64,000 nt of DNA from an uncultured virus (IMG/VR IMGVR_UViG_3300025423_000014) (Duplodnaviria > Heunggongvirae > Uroviricota > Caudoviricetes). The position numbers and the translations under genes were made by a program. The notes beneath the pieces were generated by a model. That model was given only the letters and a program-made list of their open reading frames with translations, had not been told where the DNA came from and did not search any database. Position 1 is the first letter of the stretch, and each line of letters begins with the position of its first letter. Below are positions 30,626-39,407 of this stretch, one piece after another. The DNA is taken from IMG/VR virus record IMGVR_UViG_3300025423_000014, one strand, 5' to 3'.

Positions 30626-32191
30626 CACCTCCTTTATATTAATTTCATTTTCGAACATCTGTGTAATAAGTAAGTTATCACTTACCTTGGACTCCAAAGC
30701 TTTAAACATTTTTTTCTCAATCGGACTGCCTTGGATATGTATAACAGTAACTTTATCGGAGTCCTGTCCCTTGCGGTCAGCCCTTGCAATGGCTTGTGTG
30801 TACTGCTCAACGCTCATAAGAGGTCCGTAAAATACAACAGTATCTGCCCTAGTCAACGTAATGCCATGCGCTGTAGCCTGTGGTTGCATAACCAACACCC
30901 TAGGGTTTTCCTCATTCTGAAAACGCCTAATAATATCCGAGCGTTTTGATGGGGTAACGTCTCCGTTGATGTAGTTTGTTTGTATGTTGTTGGAAAGCAA
31001 GTGGTTGTAGATGGTATCAATGACTGATCGGAACATTGCAAAAACTATTACCTTTCGGTCAGTCTCACGCAGTATTTCTTCAAGCACGTTTAGCCGTGGT
31101 AATGAATCAAACTCTACAATCTCTTTGTCATCCGTATAAGCCGCACCACAAGATACTTGAAGAAGTTTACTAACCATAGCTGCAGCATTAACAGCGCTTA
31201 CAGTTTCTCCTGATGCTTGAATCAGCATCCGGTCTTTAAGTAAGTTGTAATACTTAGCTTGTTGTGTCGTTAAAGGTATCTCACGCGTCATCGTCAACAC
31301 AGGCGGTAGATCAAGACACTGCGCTTTAGTAAATCTAATAGCCGGTTGCAAAGCTTCGTGTACTAATTCTTTAGCATCTGGTTTTGGTGCCCACTTGTAC
31401 ATTGTGATCTTGTTCATTACCCTATCACGCCAACCTGTAAAGAACATTGGCACACCATCGGGGTTGACTAATTTAGCTAAACCATACGCATCAACTGGAG
31501 ACTGTGAAGCGGGTGTTCCTGTCATCATCCACAACTGTGTGTTGGGTTTGATAATAGATTTAAGTGACTTCCATCGCTTGGTTGATACAGTTTTGTATGC
31601 GTTGGCTTCGTCGACTATGATTAGATCAAATTTTCCATTGCTGTTTATTTCATCTGCTACAAGATTGAGTCCATCATAGTTAGTAATAACAAACTCATAG
31701 TCTTGTTGAATCATCTCGATGCGTCGGGTAGATTGCGCGTGGTGCGCGACTACGGCAGAGCGATGTATGATACTGTTGTTTAAGTCGCTGAGCCACGCTG
31801 ACTGCATGATGGACAAAGGACATAGTATTAAACATCTTCTGACTTCTTTTCTTTGCATCAAATAATCAGCCGCCCATAATGCGGATAGTGTTTTGCCTGT
31901 GCCTGGTTCAGAAAACACGAACGCACGTTTATGTAGCGTTAAGAACGCAGACGTTTCTATTTGATGTGCCATAGGTTTAAATCTACCCGGCCATTTGTAA
32001 CGTCTTGTTATCGGTGAGGGTACGTTTTTAACGCCAAGGTTTTTCAACACCCTTACTTCGTCCAGACCCCAGTAAACTGCGATCTCGTATGTGCCGTTAT
32101 CTTCACTAAGCACTTTATGCTTAGGAATGAGGGAGTACTTCTCCGGGCTTCTGGTCTTAAAGACCAGCGCCTTATCATCTACTATTTGCAT
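30617..32191 (-). CDS. SNF2-family (SF2) helicase
   Basis: EPGTGKT, IIVDEA, MTGTP, HGITLT and QAIARADRKGQ motifs. Confidence 0.9.
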   Translation of the reverse strand: MQIVDDKALVFKTRSPEKYSLIPKHKVLSEDNGTYEIAVYWGLDEVRVLKNLGVKNVPSPITRRYKWPGRFKPMAHQIETSAFLTLHKRAFVFSEPGTGKTLSALWAADYLMQRKEVRRCLILCPLSIMQSAWLSDLNNSIIHRSAVVAHHAQSTRRIEMIQQDYEFVITNYDGLNLVADEINSNGKFDLIIVDEANAYKTVSTKRWKSLKSIIKPNTQLWMMTGTPASQSPVDAYGLAKLVNPDGVPMFFTGWRDRVMNKITMYKWAPKPDAKELVHEALQPAIRFTKAQCLDLPPVLTMTREIPLTTQQAKYYNLLKDRMLIQASGETVSAVNAAAMVSKLLQVSCGAAYTDDKEIVEFDSLPRLNVLEEILRETDRKVIVFAMFRSVIDTIYNHLLSNNIQTNYINGDVTPSKRSDIIRRFQNEENPRVLVMQPQATAHGITLTRADTVVFYGPLMSVEQYTQAIARADRKGQDSDKVTVIHIQGSPIEKKMFKALESKVSDNLLITQMFENEINIKEVLK

Positions 32192-32206
32192 TTGCTTCTC
32201 TTATAT

Positions 32207-32476
32207 TTATTTTTTCTTGCCGTAAACTTTGCCGTGATCATCACGCCAACTTCTGTTCACACTCTCAGGTACTACACGCAAATTCTTTTTATTATTTTTA
32301 CCACCCGCATCGAGCATCTTGATATGATCGACTTCCTTACCATCTCCTTTCTTTACCTTACCCGCTTTCATTTCTAATAAACGCGCTTTGTTTCTTTCTT
32401 CTCTTAGCTTGACTTGCTTTGGAGATGATTCGTACTCCGTGTTGTACGCTAGTTTTTTGGGACTTGACTTTGGCAT
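32207..32476 (-). CDS. Small HNH-like protein
   Basis: KGDGKEVDH....GG.N...NLRV.....NRS. Confidence 0.65.
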   Translation of the reverse strand: MPKSSPKKLAYNTEYESSPKQVKLREERNKARLLEMKAGKVKKGDGKEVDHIKMLDAGGKNNKKNLRVVPESVNRSWRDDHGKVYGKKK

Positions 32477-32484
32477 GATTGCTC

Positions 32485-33150
32485 CTAATGTTTGGGATTA
32501 AATTCACAGGTTGTTACAGGACACCACGGACATAGTGGTGTTGGCGTAGGATTCCATACGCCTGTTGCATGCGCTTGCTCAACCCTAGCTACCCTACGGC
32601 GGTAATTCCACCACTCAGCTTCGGCTTGATCGAGCGTCATACTTTGCTTCACCATATCATCTTTTACGACAAAAAGCAAAGCTGAATTCACTTTTCTAAT
32701 ATGTGGGAAATGGGCAAACACCATAAGTGACATCAGCTTTAATTGCTCTCTGTCAGGATATTTGTTATTACCTGTTTTATAGTCAACAACTTTGGCAGTT
32801 AAGTCATCATCGTTGATAATAAGCAGATCGGCAATACCTCTTACCCAAACGTCTGGACTAGTCCAAGCGCAGGGTTTAAGGTCTGTTGTAAGCGCCATCT
32901 TGTACTCACATAACTTGCGCCCCTCAATAGATGCAAGGGCATCGAGCGTGTCTTTAGCAAATTCAAACTGTGGTGGTATGGGCGTAGCATCTTTAATATA
33001 GAACTCGGCAGCTTCATGGAATTTTGTTCCATATCTTGTGTGTTCGTTCTCTACAAAAGGAAACTTCTTAAGTACCTTAACCTCATGATACCTACGTGGG
33101 CATCCCTCATAGTCTTTTAAAGAACTGTGCGACCATACTACATTAGTCAT
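32485..33150 (-). CDS. PD-(D/E)XK exonuclease (RecB/Cas4-like, Cys cluster)
   Basis: WSHSSL..Y..CPRRY, GIADL, DYKTG, Q...., CPWCP..C. Confidence 0.85.
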   Translation of the reverse strand: MTNVVWSHSSLKDYEGCPRRYHEVKVLKKFPFVENEHTRYGTKFHEAAEFYIKDATPIPPQFEFAKDTLDALASIEGRKLCEYKMALTTDLKPCAWTSPDVWVRGIADLLIINDDDLTAKVVDYKTGNNKYPDREQLKLMSLMVFAHFPHIRKVNSALLFVVKDDMVKQSMTLDQAEAEWWNYRRRVARVEQAHATGVWNPTPTPLCPWCPVTTCEFNPKH

Positions 33151-33455
33151 TTGAATCTCGCTGATTTAACGGCTCTGCTTAAACGAATAGCAAACTGTTC
33201 TACAAATTGTTCTTTGTTGTTTAGTCTGTACTCACCCATGTCTACAAGGATTGCGTGTACCAACTCATGCCAAAATGTTTCCTTAACCTCTGTTGGCGTA
33301 TAGCGTTTGCCTGATTGACTACGGCTATTGAGTTGTATTGCTCGTTTGGTAAATTCAACTGAACCCATTGCGTACTTATCTTCAAGTGCCTCAACAATTT
33401 CAACTGAATACCAATTGTCACCTACCTTAATTTTCTTTGGTATTTCTTTTATCAT
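33147..33455 (-). CDS. HExxH metallopeptidase-like protein
   Basis: TFWHELVHAIL...E.FV. Confidence 0.6.
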   Translation of the reverse strand: MIKEIPKKIKVGDNWYSVEIVEALEDKYAMGSVEFTKRAIQLNSRSQSGKRYTPTEVKETFWHELVHAILVDMGEYRLNNKEQFVEQFAIRLSRAVKSARFK

Positions 33456-35419
33456 CCTTTTGCTTCTCCATATCTTCTGTTATATCCTCCATCAGCATCC
33501 AAAGGTATACCACGCATATAGCTTGGCTCAGCCGTCATCTGCGCTAACACCCAAGGCAATGCCTCCTTCGCTTCCTCATCTGGCACAACGCATATTAACT
33601 CGTCGTGCACAGTTCCAACTACAGGGTACCTTTTCTGTACTCGTAGCATCCCGTCTGTCATCACAATGCGAGCAAGCGCCTGTGTGACGTTGTTAGTAAT
33701 CTTCCCTGCATATATCTTAGTAGCGTCTGGCCCGTATACATACTGGCTCCTACCTTTATCATCTTTAACTTTGCGTAGATCAGGATAAAGCAACTTCATT
33801 CCATTGGGTAATTCTATCTCACCCTTGCGAAATGTCAAACACTTGTGTTTACATTCTGCCCCACCATACAACGCAACTTCTAATAGATCATTGCACATTT
33901 CCCAAAATGATACGACTTGATACGCAGTAGCACGATATATGTCAATGATTCTTTTAGCGGTCACGCAGTGAATAGCTAACTCAAGTTCGCTACAGTTATG
34001 GGGAATTTCCGACATCTTTACCAAGTTGTCTTCCCAATCAAGAAACTTCTCAACCATTTCACTTGTTACACCCAGCTTCTTCGCAAAAGCTTTTTCGTAG
34101 CGGACTGGTGGCGCCCCAAGGAAGCCAACCAATAGTTGCGATGCAAACGAAGCCCATCCGAGACCATACCCACAACCCAAGAGCGCGCTCTTTGCAGACT
34201 GCCGAAGGTCGGGATGGCTCTCCTTACTAAGTCCGGGTATGTTAAACATTTGCGCACCGAACGCCGCATAAGCGTCACTTCCTGACCTGAAGATCGTAAG
34301 CATGTCTTCATAATCACATAGCCACGCAAGGACTCTTGGTTCAATTTGTGAGAGGTCGCCCACGACCAGTTGTGTACCCTCGGGAGCCATAATTGCTTTA
34401 CGTAAGAACGACCCACGTTTGAGGTTTTGCATATTGATAGCGGATCCTTTGGACGCTGACCAACGACCAGACTTCGCACCATAGTACGATAGCGGAACTG
34501 GTAGACTACCTCGCTGACTGATGTCCAAGAACCTTTGCGCTCGTGTGCGTTCTGTCGTTGATTTGACCCGAAGACGCGCTTCACATAAAAGGGCAACGTC
34601 TTCGCGTTCACCATTGAGTAGCGCTTGGAAAAGCGCGTCGTTCTTAGCGAGTGCGAGTGTTTCTTTCCCGGTAGTTTTACTGACTTTGGTTGGCGGAACG
34701 ACGCCAAGCGTTTTAAGTATGGAAGCAAACTGCGGATTCGATGCAAGCGCAGTCTCCTCGATGTTGAGTTTTTGTAGTAGCTTCTCACGTGATGTCCTTT
34801 CTTCTTCTAGTGCTTTGAGTAACATGGCTTCATCTAGTACAAGCATTGGGCGCGTGTACATCTTCAGCGTCATGTCGATGAGTCTGAGTTCCTTAGCAGG
34901 GTATCCTGTTATAAGTCTATTGAAAATCTGTTCACATAGGTATACGTCGTGTTTACAGTATTCGGCAAGTTCAATCTCCACGTCCTTCCGAAGTTCCACG
35001 GCACCATCTGTACTGTGTACGGCTCTCCCTTTGGGGGGAAGATTAAAATCTGACGCAAGCTTGGCGAGACTATTGCCAACCTCCACGCCTCGTAAAGCTC
35101 GTGCCATTGATAGTGTGTCGAAAATGAAAGCGGGGTGTGTGTCGTATTTCCATTCGAGTATGGAAACATCGAATTGGGCGTTATGTGCGAGGATGGCTGT
35201 TTGTTTCCAGTCGTATGTAGATAAGATTCGATGTAGTTCATCGTCTCGATACCATTGTGTGACTTTGTCATTCCCGTATTCGTGGATACAGGCTCCGAAA
35301 GCTTTGAATCGTGCATCTCTTATGTACTCCTCTGTTGTCATCTTACTTAGTGTGTAGTCTTTACTATCCCATCGGGTTTCAAAATCAATGGTCAGTATCG
35401 TCTTGTATGGTGCAGTCAA
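33452..35419 (-). CDS. polA: Family A DNA polymerase with 3'-5' exonuclease domain
   Basis: IDFET/AHNAQFD exonuclease motifs; motif A DLSQIEPR, motif B RQSAKSALLGCGYG, motif C VHDEL. Confidence 0.92.
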   Translation of the reverse strand: MTAPYKTILTIDFETRWDSKDYTLSKMTTEEYIRDARFKAFGACIHEYGNDKVTQWYRDDELHRILSTYDWKQTAILAHNAQFDVSILEWKYDTHPAFIFDTLSMARALRGVEVGNSLAKLASDFNLPPKGRAVHSTDGAVELRKDVEIELAEYCKHDVYLCEQIFNRLITGYPAKELRLIDMTLKMYTRPMLVLDEAMLLKALEEERTSREKLLQKLNIEETALASNPQFASILKTLGVVPPTKVSKTTGKETLALAKNDALFQALLNGEREDVALLCEARLRVKSTTERTRAQRFLDISQRGSLPVPLSYYGAKSGRWSASKGSAINMQNLKRGSFLRKAIMAPEGTQLVVGDLSQIEPRVLAWLCDYEDMLTIFRSGSDAYAAFGAQMFNIPGLSKESHPDLRQSAKSALLGCGYGLGWASFASQLLVGFLGAPPVRYEKAFAKKLGVTSEMVEKFLDWEDNLVKMSEIPHNCSELELAIHCVTAKRIIDIYRATAYQVVSFWEMCNDLLEVALYGGAECKHKCLTFRKGEIELPNGMKLLYPDLRKVKDDKGRSQYVYGPDATKIYAGKITNNVTQALARIVMTDGMLRVQKRYPVVGTVHDELICVVPDEEAKEALPWVLAQMTAEPSYMRGIPLDADGGYNRRYGEAKG

Positions 35420-35697
35420 TTAAACATCTCCTTGGGGGGCGCGTTGCGCATATTCACATAGCCTATGTGTTCGTCTGCTCTTAGTAGAAGTGTTGCTGCT
35501 TCCATGTCGTTGCAGTTAGCGGTTGTTATGGATACGTATTCTGTGTTGTAGGGTTGAAAAAGAATTACTGCTTTACCTGCATCTTTGCCGTAGCAATGCA
35601 CCAGTTGATACATGATGTCCACCATGTGTTCTTTCTCAAATATTTGCATCTTTTCTAAACACGTGCTTATAACAAATGCTTTTTCTTCATCAGTCAT
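35416..35697 (-). CDS. Hypothetical protein
   Basis: 93 aa ORF coupled to polA. Confidence 0.55.
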   Translation of the reverse strand: MTDEEKAFVISTCLEKMQIFEKEHMVDIMYQLVHCYGKDAGKAVILFQPYNTEYVSITTANCNDMEAATLLLRADEHIGYVNMRNAPPKEMFN

Positions 35698-35977
35698 TTA
35701 GTATCTCCTCTAGTATATTTAAGTTATCTTCATTTATAACGTGCGCTACACCCCATGCTTTTTTTATTCGCTCAAGGTGCGCTTCTTGTAGTGCAGTTGG
35801 TTTGTTGTCACCCGCCTTTGCTTCGATAGCGATGAACCTACCTTTGTGACAAATAAGAAAATCAGGTACACCTGAATTCCCATAGCCAGTACCGATAGGC
35901 ATTGCATAGTAAGCGTTGTTCTTTGTGAGTATTGCTTTGATTTGCTTTTTAACTAAAGCTTCGGGAGTCATAGCCAT
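35690..35977 (-). CDS. VRR-NUC domain nuclease
   Basis: GVPDFLIC..GRFIAIEAKA....PT.LQ. Confidence 0.85.
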   Translation of the reverse strand: MAMTPEALVKKQIKAILTKNNAYYAMPIGTGYGNSGVPDFLICHKGRFIAIEAKAGDNKPTALQEAHLERIKKAWGVAHVINEDNLNILEEILND

Positions 35978-36198
35978 TAGTAATGCACCTCATTAAGTTT
36001 CTCAATGTAGTGAAATGCTTTTTTTATATCTTCGTCTGTTGCACCTTTGCGCCCTGCACGCATAGAGTACTTGATGATGTTGCCTTTCAAAAACCCTCTA
36101 AATTCTTCGGGGGTAAGGACATTTTCCATTACTGTCCAAGGTTGCACAGGCATTTCTTTGTAGTGGTTGCCACCAATTTGTTTATCATCTGCGTTCAT
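35977..36198 (-). CDS. DUF3310 (SaV-like) protein
   Basis: QIGGNHY...GF..GNIIKY..RAG.KG...DIKKA.HY. Confidence 0.8.
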   Translation of the reverse strand: MNADDKQIGGNHYKEMPVQPWTVMENVLTPEEFRGFLKGNIIKYSMRAGRKGATDEDIKKAFHYIEKLNEVHY

Positions 36199-36358
36199 TT
36201 TCTATTTCCTTTATTGCACGTTCTCTTATGCTTTGGTTGAGTATGTTCTTTAACCAAGTGGAACCACCTAGTCTTTGAAACTCATTTTTTTGCGCTAGGG
36301 TCACACGTGCCCCAACTTGTAGTCTACTGTTTGTTAGTTCGGTTTGTGGTCTTGGCAT
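36185..36358 (-). CDS. Small putative DNA-binding protein
   Basis: Likely start MPRPQTEL with AGGAG RBS; F..LGG..WL motif. Confidence 0.5.
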   Translation of the reverse strand: MPRPQTELTNSRLQVGARVTLAQKNEFQRLGGSTWLKNILNQSIRERAIKEIENERR

Positions 36359-36393
36359 TTGTTTCTCCTGTATTTGTCTTTTACGCCAACCGC

Positions 36394-36654
36394 TCACGCT
36401 TTTGCCTCAAAGCGTCTGATCTCCTCGATGATCGCCCATATAGCGGGTGTGGTGCGTGTTGCGTCACCTTGCATACCCTTTTCTACATAGCCACAAAGTT
36501 CTTTTGTTTTGGCGCTTAGGTCTTCGTACATACCCAACAAAATTCTTGCGTTGCCTAGTTCTAAATCAAGCTCTCTTATAGATTCATCCATTGGTGTGCT
36601 CCTAAAAATCTTATCAAAGTTTTCTGCAAATTTAGCGTGATCAATATTACTCAT
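36394..36654 (-). CDS. Hypothetical protein
   Basis: 86 aa ORF with GGAGG RBS. Confidence 0.5.
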   Translation of the reverse strand: MSNIDHAKFAENFDKIFRSTPMDESIRELDLELGNARILLGMYEDLSAKTKELCGYVEKGMQGDATRTTPAIWAIIEEIRRFEAKA

Positions 36655-36760
36655 CGTGTCCTCCTACTGTGTATATAATAAAACAAAATACCGCAACAAT
36701 CCATACGGATGCAACGGCAAGTGCGCCTATTAATAAAAGAATATCTAATACCTCATTCAT
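36647..36760 (-). CDS. 37-aa single-TM peptide (not in the ORF track)
   Basis: MNEVLDILLLIGALAVASVWIVAVFCFIIYTVGGHDE; AAGGAG RBS. Confidence 0.55.
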   Translation of the reverse strand: MNEVLDILLLIGALAVASVWIVAVFCFIIYTVGGHDE

Positions 36761-36773
36761 GTGTTTCTCTCCT

Positions 36774-37019
36774 TTAATTTAACATCCATTTTGGTAATTT
36801 ACCCGAAAGATATACTTTTTTTGAGCTGTTATCTTTTGATTTTTTTAGTTGGTCTTTGGTTATAGTTTCAAAACCTTTTTTACCAGGATACGCCGATTCT
36901 TTGCCTTCTGTCTGCGCCCGTATCTCCATACAGTTACCATGATTAAATTCGTAAGGACTGCCAACCCCTCTTGGTTTTTTACACACAGGGCAAAGGTTTC
37001 GTATCTGTTCTGGTGTCAT
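36774..37019 (-). CDS. Hypothetical Zn-finger-like protein
   Basis: CPVC...H..C. Confidence 0.5.
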   Translation of the reverse strand: MTPEQIRNLCPVCKKPRGVGSPYEFNHGNCMEIRAQTEGKESAYPGKKGFETITKDQLKKSKDNSSKKVYLSGKLPKWMLN

Positions 37020-37150
37020 ATGTTCTTCTCCATTGGGGCACGACTAACTTTTCCCCACATAATCGCAGGTAGCCATTTAATGTGGCGCTCTATAGGAAAA
37101 AATATTTTTAAAACGTAACGATATTCAAATAATTTGATGCTAAGTCTCAT
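37016..37150 (-). CDS. 44-aa hypothetical protein (not in the ORF track)
   Basis: MRLSIKLFEY...PMEKNI; ATGA-coupled at both ends. Confidence 0.5.
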   Translation of the reverse strand: MRLSIKLFEYRYVLKIFFPIERHIKWLPAIMWGKVSRAPMEKNI

Positions 37151-37395
37151 GTGTTCTTCTCCTTGAGGTATTTTTCGTAATCGCTCATTAAAGTTACTGC
37201 CGTTTTTCTATCCCAGTTTGATGGGTAATACGCAACAACAAACTGTGCTTTTTCCTCATCAGTTAACCCTACCCACTCTCTCCCCTCCACCAACCACACC
37301 ACCTCATCTTCTTTAATAAGTCTCTCGTGCGGGTTAGGAAGTCCCATGCACCCACGCTCGAAACAAGCTCTATCGACCATTAGTTTTTCGTTCAT
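37147..37395 (-). CDS. Hypothetical cassette protein (EWVGLTDEE...LKEKNT)
   Basis: Shares the WxGLTxEE motif and the KEKNT end with 37392..37745. Confidence 0.6.
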   Translation of the reverse strand: MNEKLMVDRACFERGCMGLPNPHERLIKEDEVVWLVEGREWVGLTDEEKAQFVVAYYPSNWDRKTAVTLMSDYEKYLKEKNT

Positions 37396-37745
37396 GTGTT
37401 CTTCTCCTTTAATTTAGCTTCTATTGCATTAGCAAAATCAAATACACCATTGGTTATATTTTTTCCAATGCCAGGCTCAGCATCAAAAACTGCAAACCAT
37501 TCGACTGATATTTCTTCATGTGTCAAACCTATCCATTCAGGCTTAACATATTTTTCAGCGCACGCAAGGCAATACAACGCATAACCACCACCAATTCCAC
37601 ATTCAGCGCATCCTTGTTGTGGTGTTGTATATAAAGGCAATGGCTCAACATCGACTGATACTGGTGCTTCAATCTTTGTTGGCTTTGCCCAATAGAAACC
37701 GCCTTTTTGCGGATCAAAATAAGCAACAGGCTCTTCTTTAGTCAT
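37392..37745 (-). CDS. Hypothetical cassette protein (EPVA...PLYT...WIGLT...LKEKNT)
   Basis: Likely start MTKEEPVA at 37745; internal CxxC...CxxC. Confidence 0.6.
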   Translation of the reverse strand: MTKEEPVAYFDPQKGGFYWAKPTKIEAPVSVDVEPLPLYTTPQQGCAECGIGGGYALYCLACAEKYVKPEWIGLTHEEISVEWFAVFDAEPGIGKNITNGVFDFANAIEAKLKEKNT

Positions 37746-38052
37746 TCTCAATCCTTTCTACTTTTTGTTTTGTACATCCTTTGCCGCAATATTCTGAATA
37801 ATGTCGTTCAGTTATTGTTTGATTACCGCACCGAGTAACGTAATGTGTGTTTTCAAATATCCATATCTCACAGTCTTCAAACTTGTAGGCAATCCTTGGT
37901 TTGTTTAATTCAGCCAGTTGTTCAGGGGTAGGAGCAAACACTGAGTAAAGCGCCCGAATTAGTAACCCTATTACCGATCCAAACCCAAAAACAAAGAGCA
38001 AAGCACCGCCAATAGGTGCTATAAAGTCTTCCCAAATATCTTTTCTAGTCAT
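37738..38052 (-). CDS. Hypothetical membrane-anchored protein
   Basis: N-terminal TM helix; Cys-containing C-terminal domain. Confidence 0.55.
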   Translation of the reverse strand: MTRKDIWEDFIAPIGGALLFVFGFGSVIGLLIRALYSVFAPTPEQLAELNKPRIAYKFEDCEIWIFENTHYVTRCGNQTITERHYSEYCGKGCTKQKVERIEND

Positions 38053-38333
38053 TTTTGTCCCCTTGAGAGCACCTCTGCTGATTTCAACTCACCTGTTTCG
38101 CCATCAAATACAACTTTCATATTTGATTCTGGTCTTCTTTCGGAATATCCCCAAAACATAGGCATTTCAAGATACCTAACAATATCTGGCTTAGGTTCTG
38201 GTTTTATTCTGTATTCAACCCATGATGACCATTCAGGACGATCAACCTCCATCCAAATGTTAAGAGCATTTTTATATTCAATCTGAGCACCATCTGCCCA
38301 GGCGTGAATTAAATCTGCGTGTTTATGTTTCAT
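38049..38333 (-). CDS. Hypothetical protein (HKHADLIHAWADGAQI...YRIKP)
   Basis: ATGA-coupled ORF in the cassette array. Confidence 0.6.
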   Translation of the reverse strand: MKHKHADLIHAWADGAQIEYKNALNIWMEVDRPEWSSWVEYRIKPEPKPDIVRYLEMPMFWGYSERRPESNMKVVFDGETGELKSAEVLSRGQK

Positions 38334-38493
38334 TCTTGTCCCCTTGCTGTTCTATAAACGTTCTTTTAATAATTTCTATGGCATTATGGAATTGATCACT
38401 CGCTTTACCAGTTGAAAGAGTCCTAGCCAACACAAGTGCCTCAAGTGCAACTGCTAACGCATAATCTTTAGTTAATATTTCTTCTTTAGTCAT
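38323..38493 (-). CDS. 56-aa hypothetical protein (not in the ORF track)
   Basis: MTKEEILTKDYALAVALEAL...QQGDKNET; fills the gap between coupled genes. Confidence 0.55.
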   Translation of the reverse strand: MTKEEILTKDYALAVALEALVLARTLSTGKASDQFHNAIEIIKRTFIEQQGDKNET

Positions 38494-38705
38494 TCTTGCA
38501 CCCTTGCTTCCATCATTGCATCTGCTATTTCATATGCAAACTGAACTCCTTGTTTTACTCCCAAACCTTGAAAAGCAATTGATTCCATAGCCAAACCTTG
38601 TATAGCTAACCCTGCAAACCAATCTCTTAAATCCATACCTGTATTAGTGCAGGTAGCAATATGACCATCTATTGTTTTTTCATATGTATGTGGAAATGCT
38701 TTCAT
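38490..38705 (-). CDS. Hypothetical protein (AFP...GMDLRDWFA...AYEIADAMMEAR)
   Basis: Likely start MKAFP at 38705 via ATGA overlap. Confidence 0.65.
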   Translation of the reverse strand: MKAFPHTYEKTIDGHIATCTNTGMDLRDWFAGLAIQGLAMESIAFQGLGVKQGVQFAYEIADAMMEARVQE

Positions 38706-38902
38706 TCTTGTCCCCTTGCACGAATAGCTTGAGCACAAATTAACTCAACCCTTAATGTGTAGTAATCGCTTATGCTATCCATAGCATCACACACCTTTGC
38801 GCACTCCTCACGTTCATCTTCAATTAAGGCATCAACAATAGTGCGTACCATACCCTCACTAAAGTGTTCCAAAAGTATGTTTATAGCATCATCCCTAGTC
38901 AT
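38702..38902 (-). CDS. Hypothetical cassette protein (EREECAKVC...IRARGQE)
   Basis: Likely start MTRDD at 38902. Confidence 0.6.
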   Translation of the reverse strand: MTRDDAINILLEHFSEGMVRTIVDALIEDEREECAKVCDAMDSISDYYTLRVELICAQAIRARGQE

Positions 38903-39095
38903 TTTTATCTCCTTTGATTCTCTTCTGATCACGCCATTTAAGCTCTTCTGAAAGCTCTAAAAACTTATCAGGTGCTACCGCCTCCCATTCCATACCTGAG
39001 TTTGTGTTGCTTATCTTTACAACTCCTATTCCAATAATAAGTGCGCTTGTAAATGCCGACTCAAATATCTCATTCATGTCTTTGTCTTGTGTCAT
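38895..39095 (-). CDS. Hypothetical protein
   Basis: 66 aa coupled ORF. Confidence 0.55.
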   Translation of the reverse strand: MTQDKDMNEIFESAFTSALIIGIGVVKISNTNSGMEWEAVAPDKFLELSEELKWRDQKRIKGDKND

Positions 39096-39298
39096 TCTTG
39101 TCCCCTTGCTCTGATGGCGTTTGAATCGCTTGTCAATGAATATGAATCATGTAATTGCCGAAGTACAGCGCAAAACTTCTCACGCTCTTTTTCTGCTATT
39201 AGTTTGGCAAAGCGTTCAAACGCAATTGGTGTCATTTCAATGATTGCTTCTGGTAGTCCCGCCTGTCTAGCCATCTCAATTATTTCTTCTTTAGTCAT
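39092..39298 (-). CDS. Hypothetical cassette protein (MTKEEIIEMARQAG...IRARGQE)
   Basis: Shares its C-terminus with 38702..38902. Confidence 0.6.
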   Translation of the reverse strand: MTKEEIIEMARQAGLPEAIIEMTPIAFERFAKLIAEKEREKFCAVLRQLHDSYSLTSDSNAIRARGQE

Positions 39299-39407
39299 AC
39301 CATTTCCAGTTTATTAAATACTTAATCCAATCCTGATCTTCGTTGTGGTAGTTATACCAAGGGTCGTACCTACACCCTATCTTTATGCCTGTGCTAGTTG
39401 TTATCAT
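39291..39407 (-). CDS. 38-aa hypothetical protein (not in the ORF track)
   Basis: MITTSTGIKIGCRYDPWYNYHNEDQDWIKYLINWKWYD; ATGA overlap with the upstream gene. Confidence 0.5.
   Translation of the reverse strand: MITTSTGIKIGCRYDPWYNYHNEDQDWIKYLINWKWYD

Noticed and set aside
34066..35357. Long alternative-frame and antisense ORFs overlapping polA
   Set aside because: No recognisable motifs; explained as shadow frames of a GC-richer gene.
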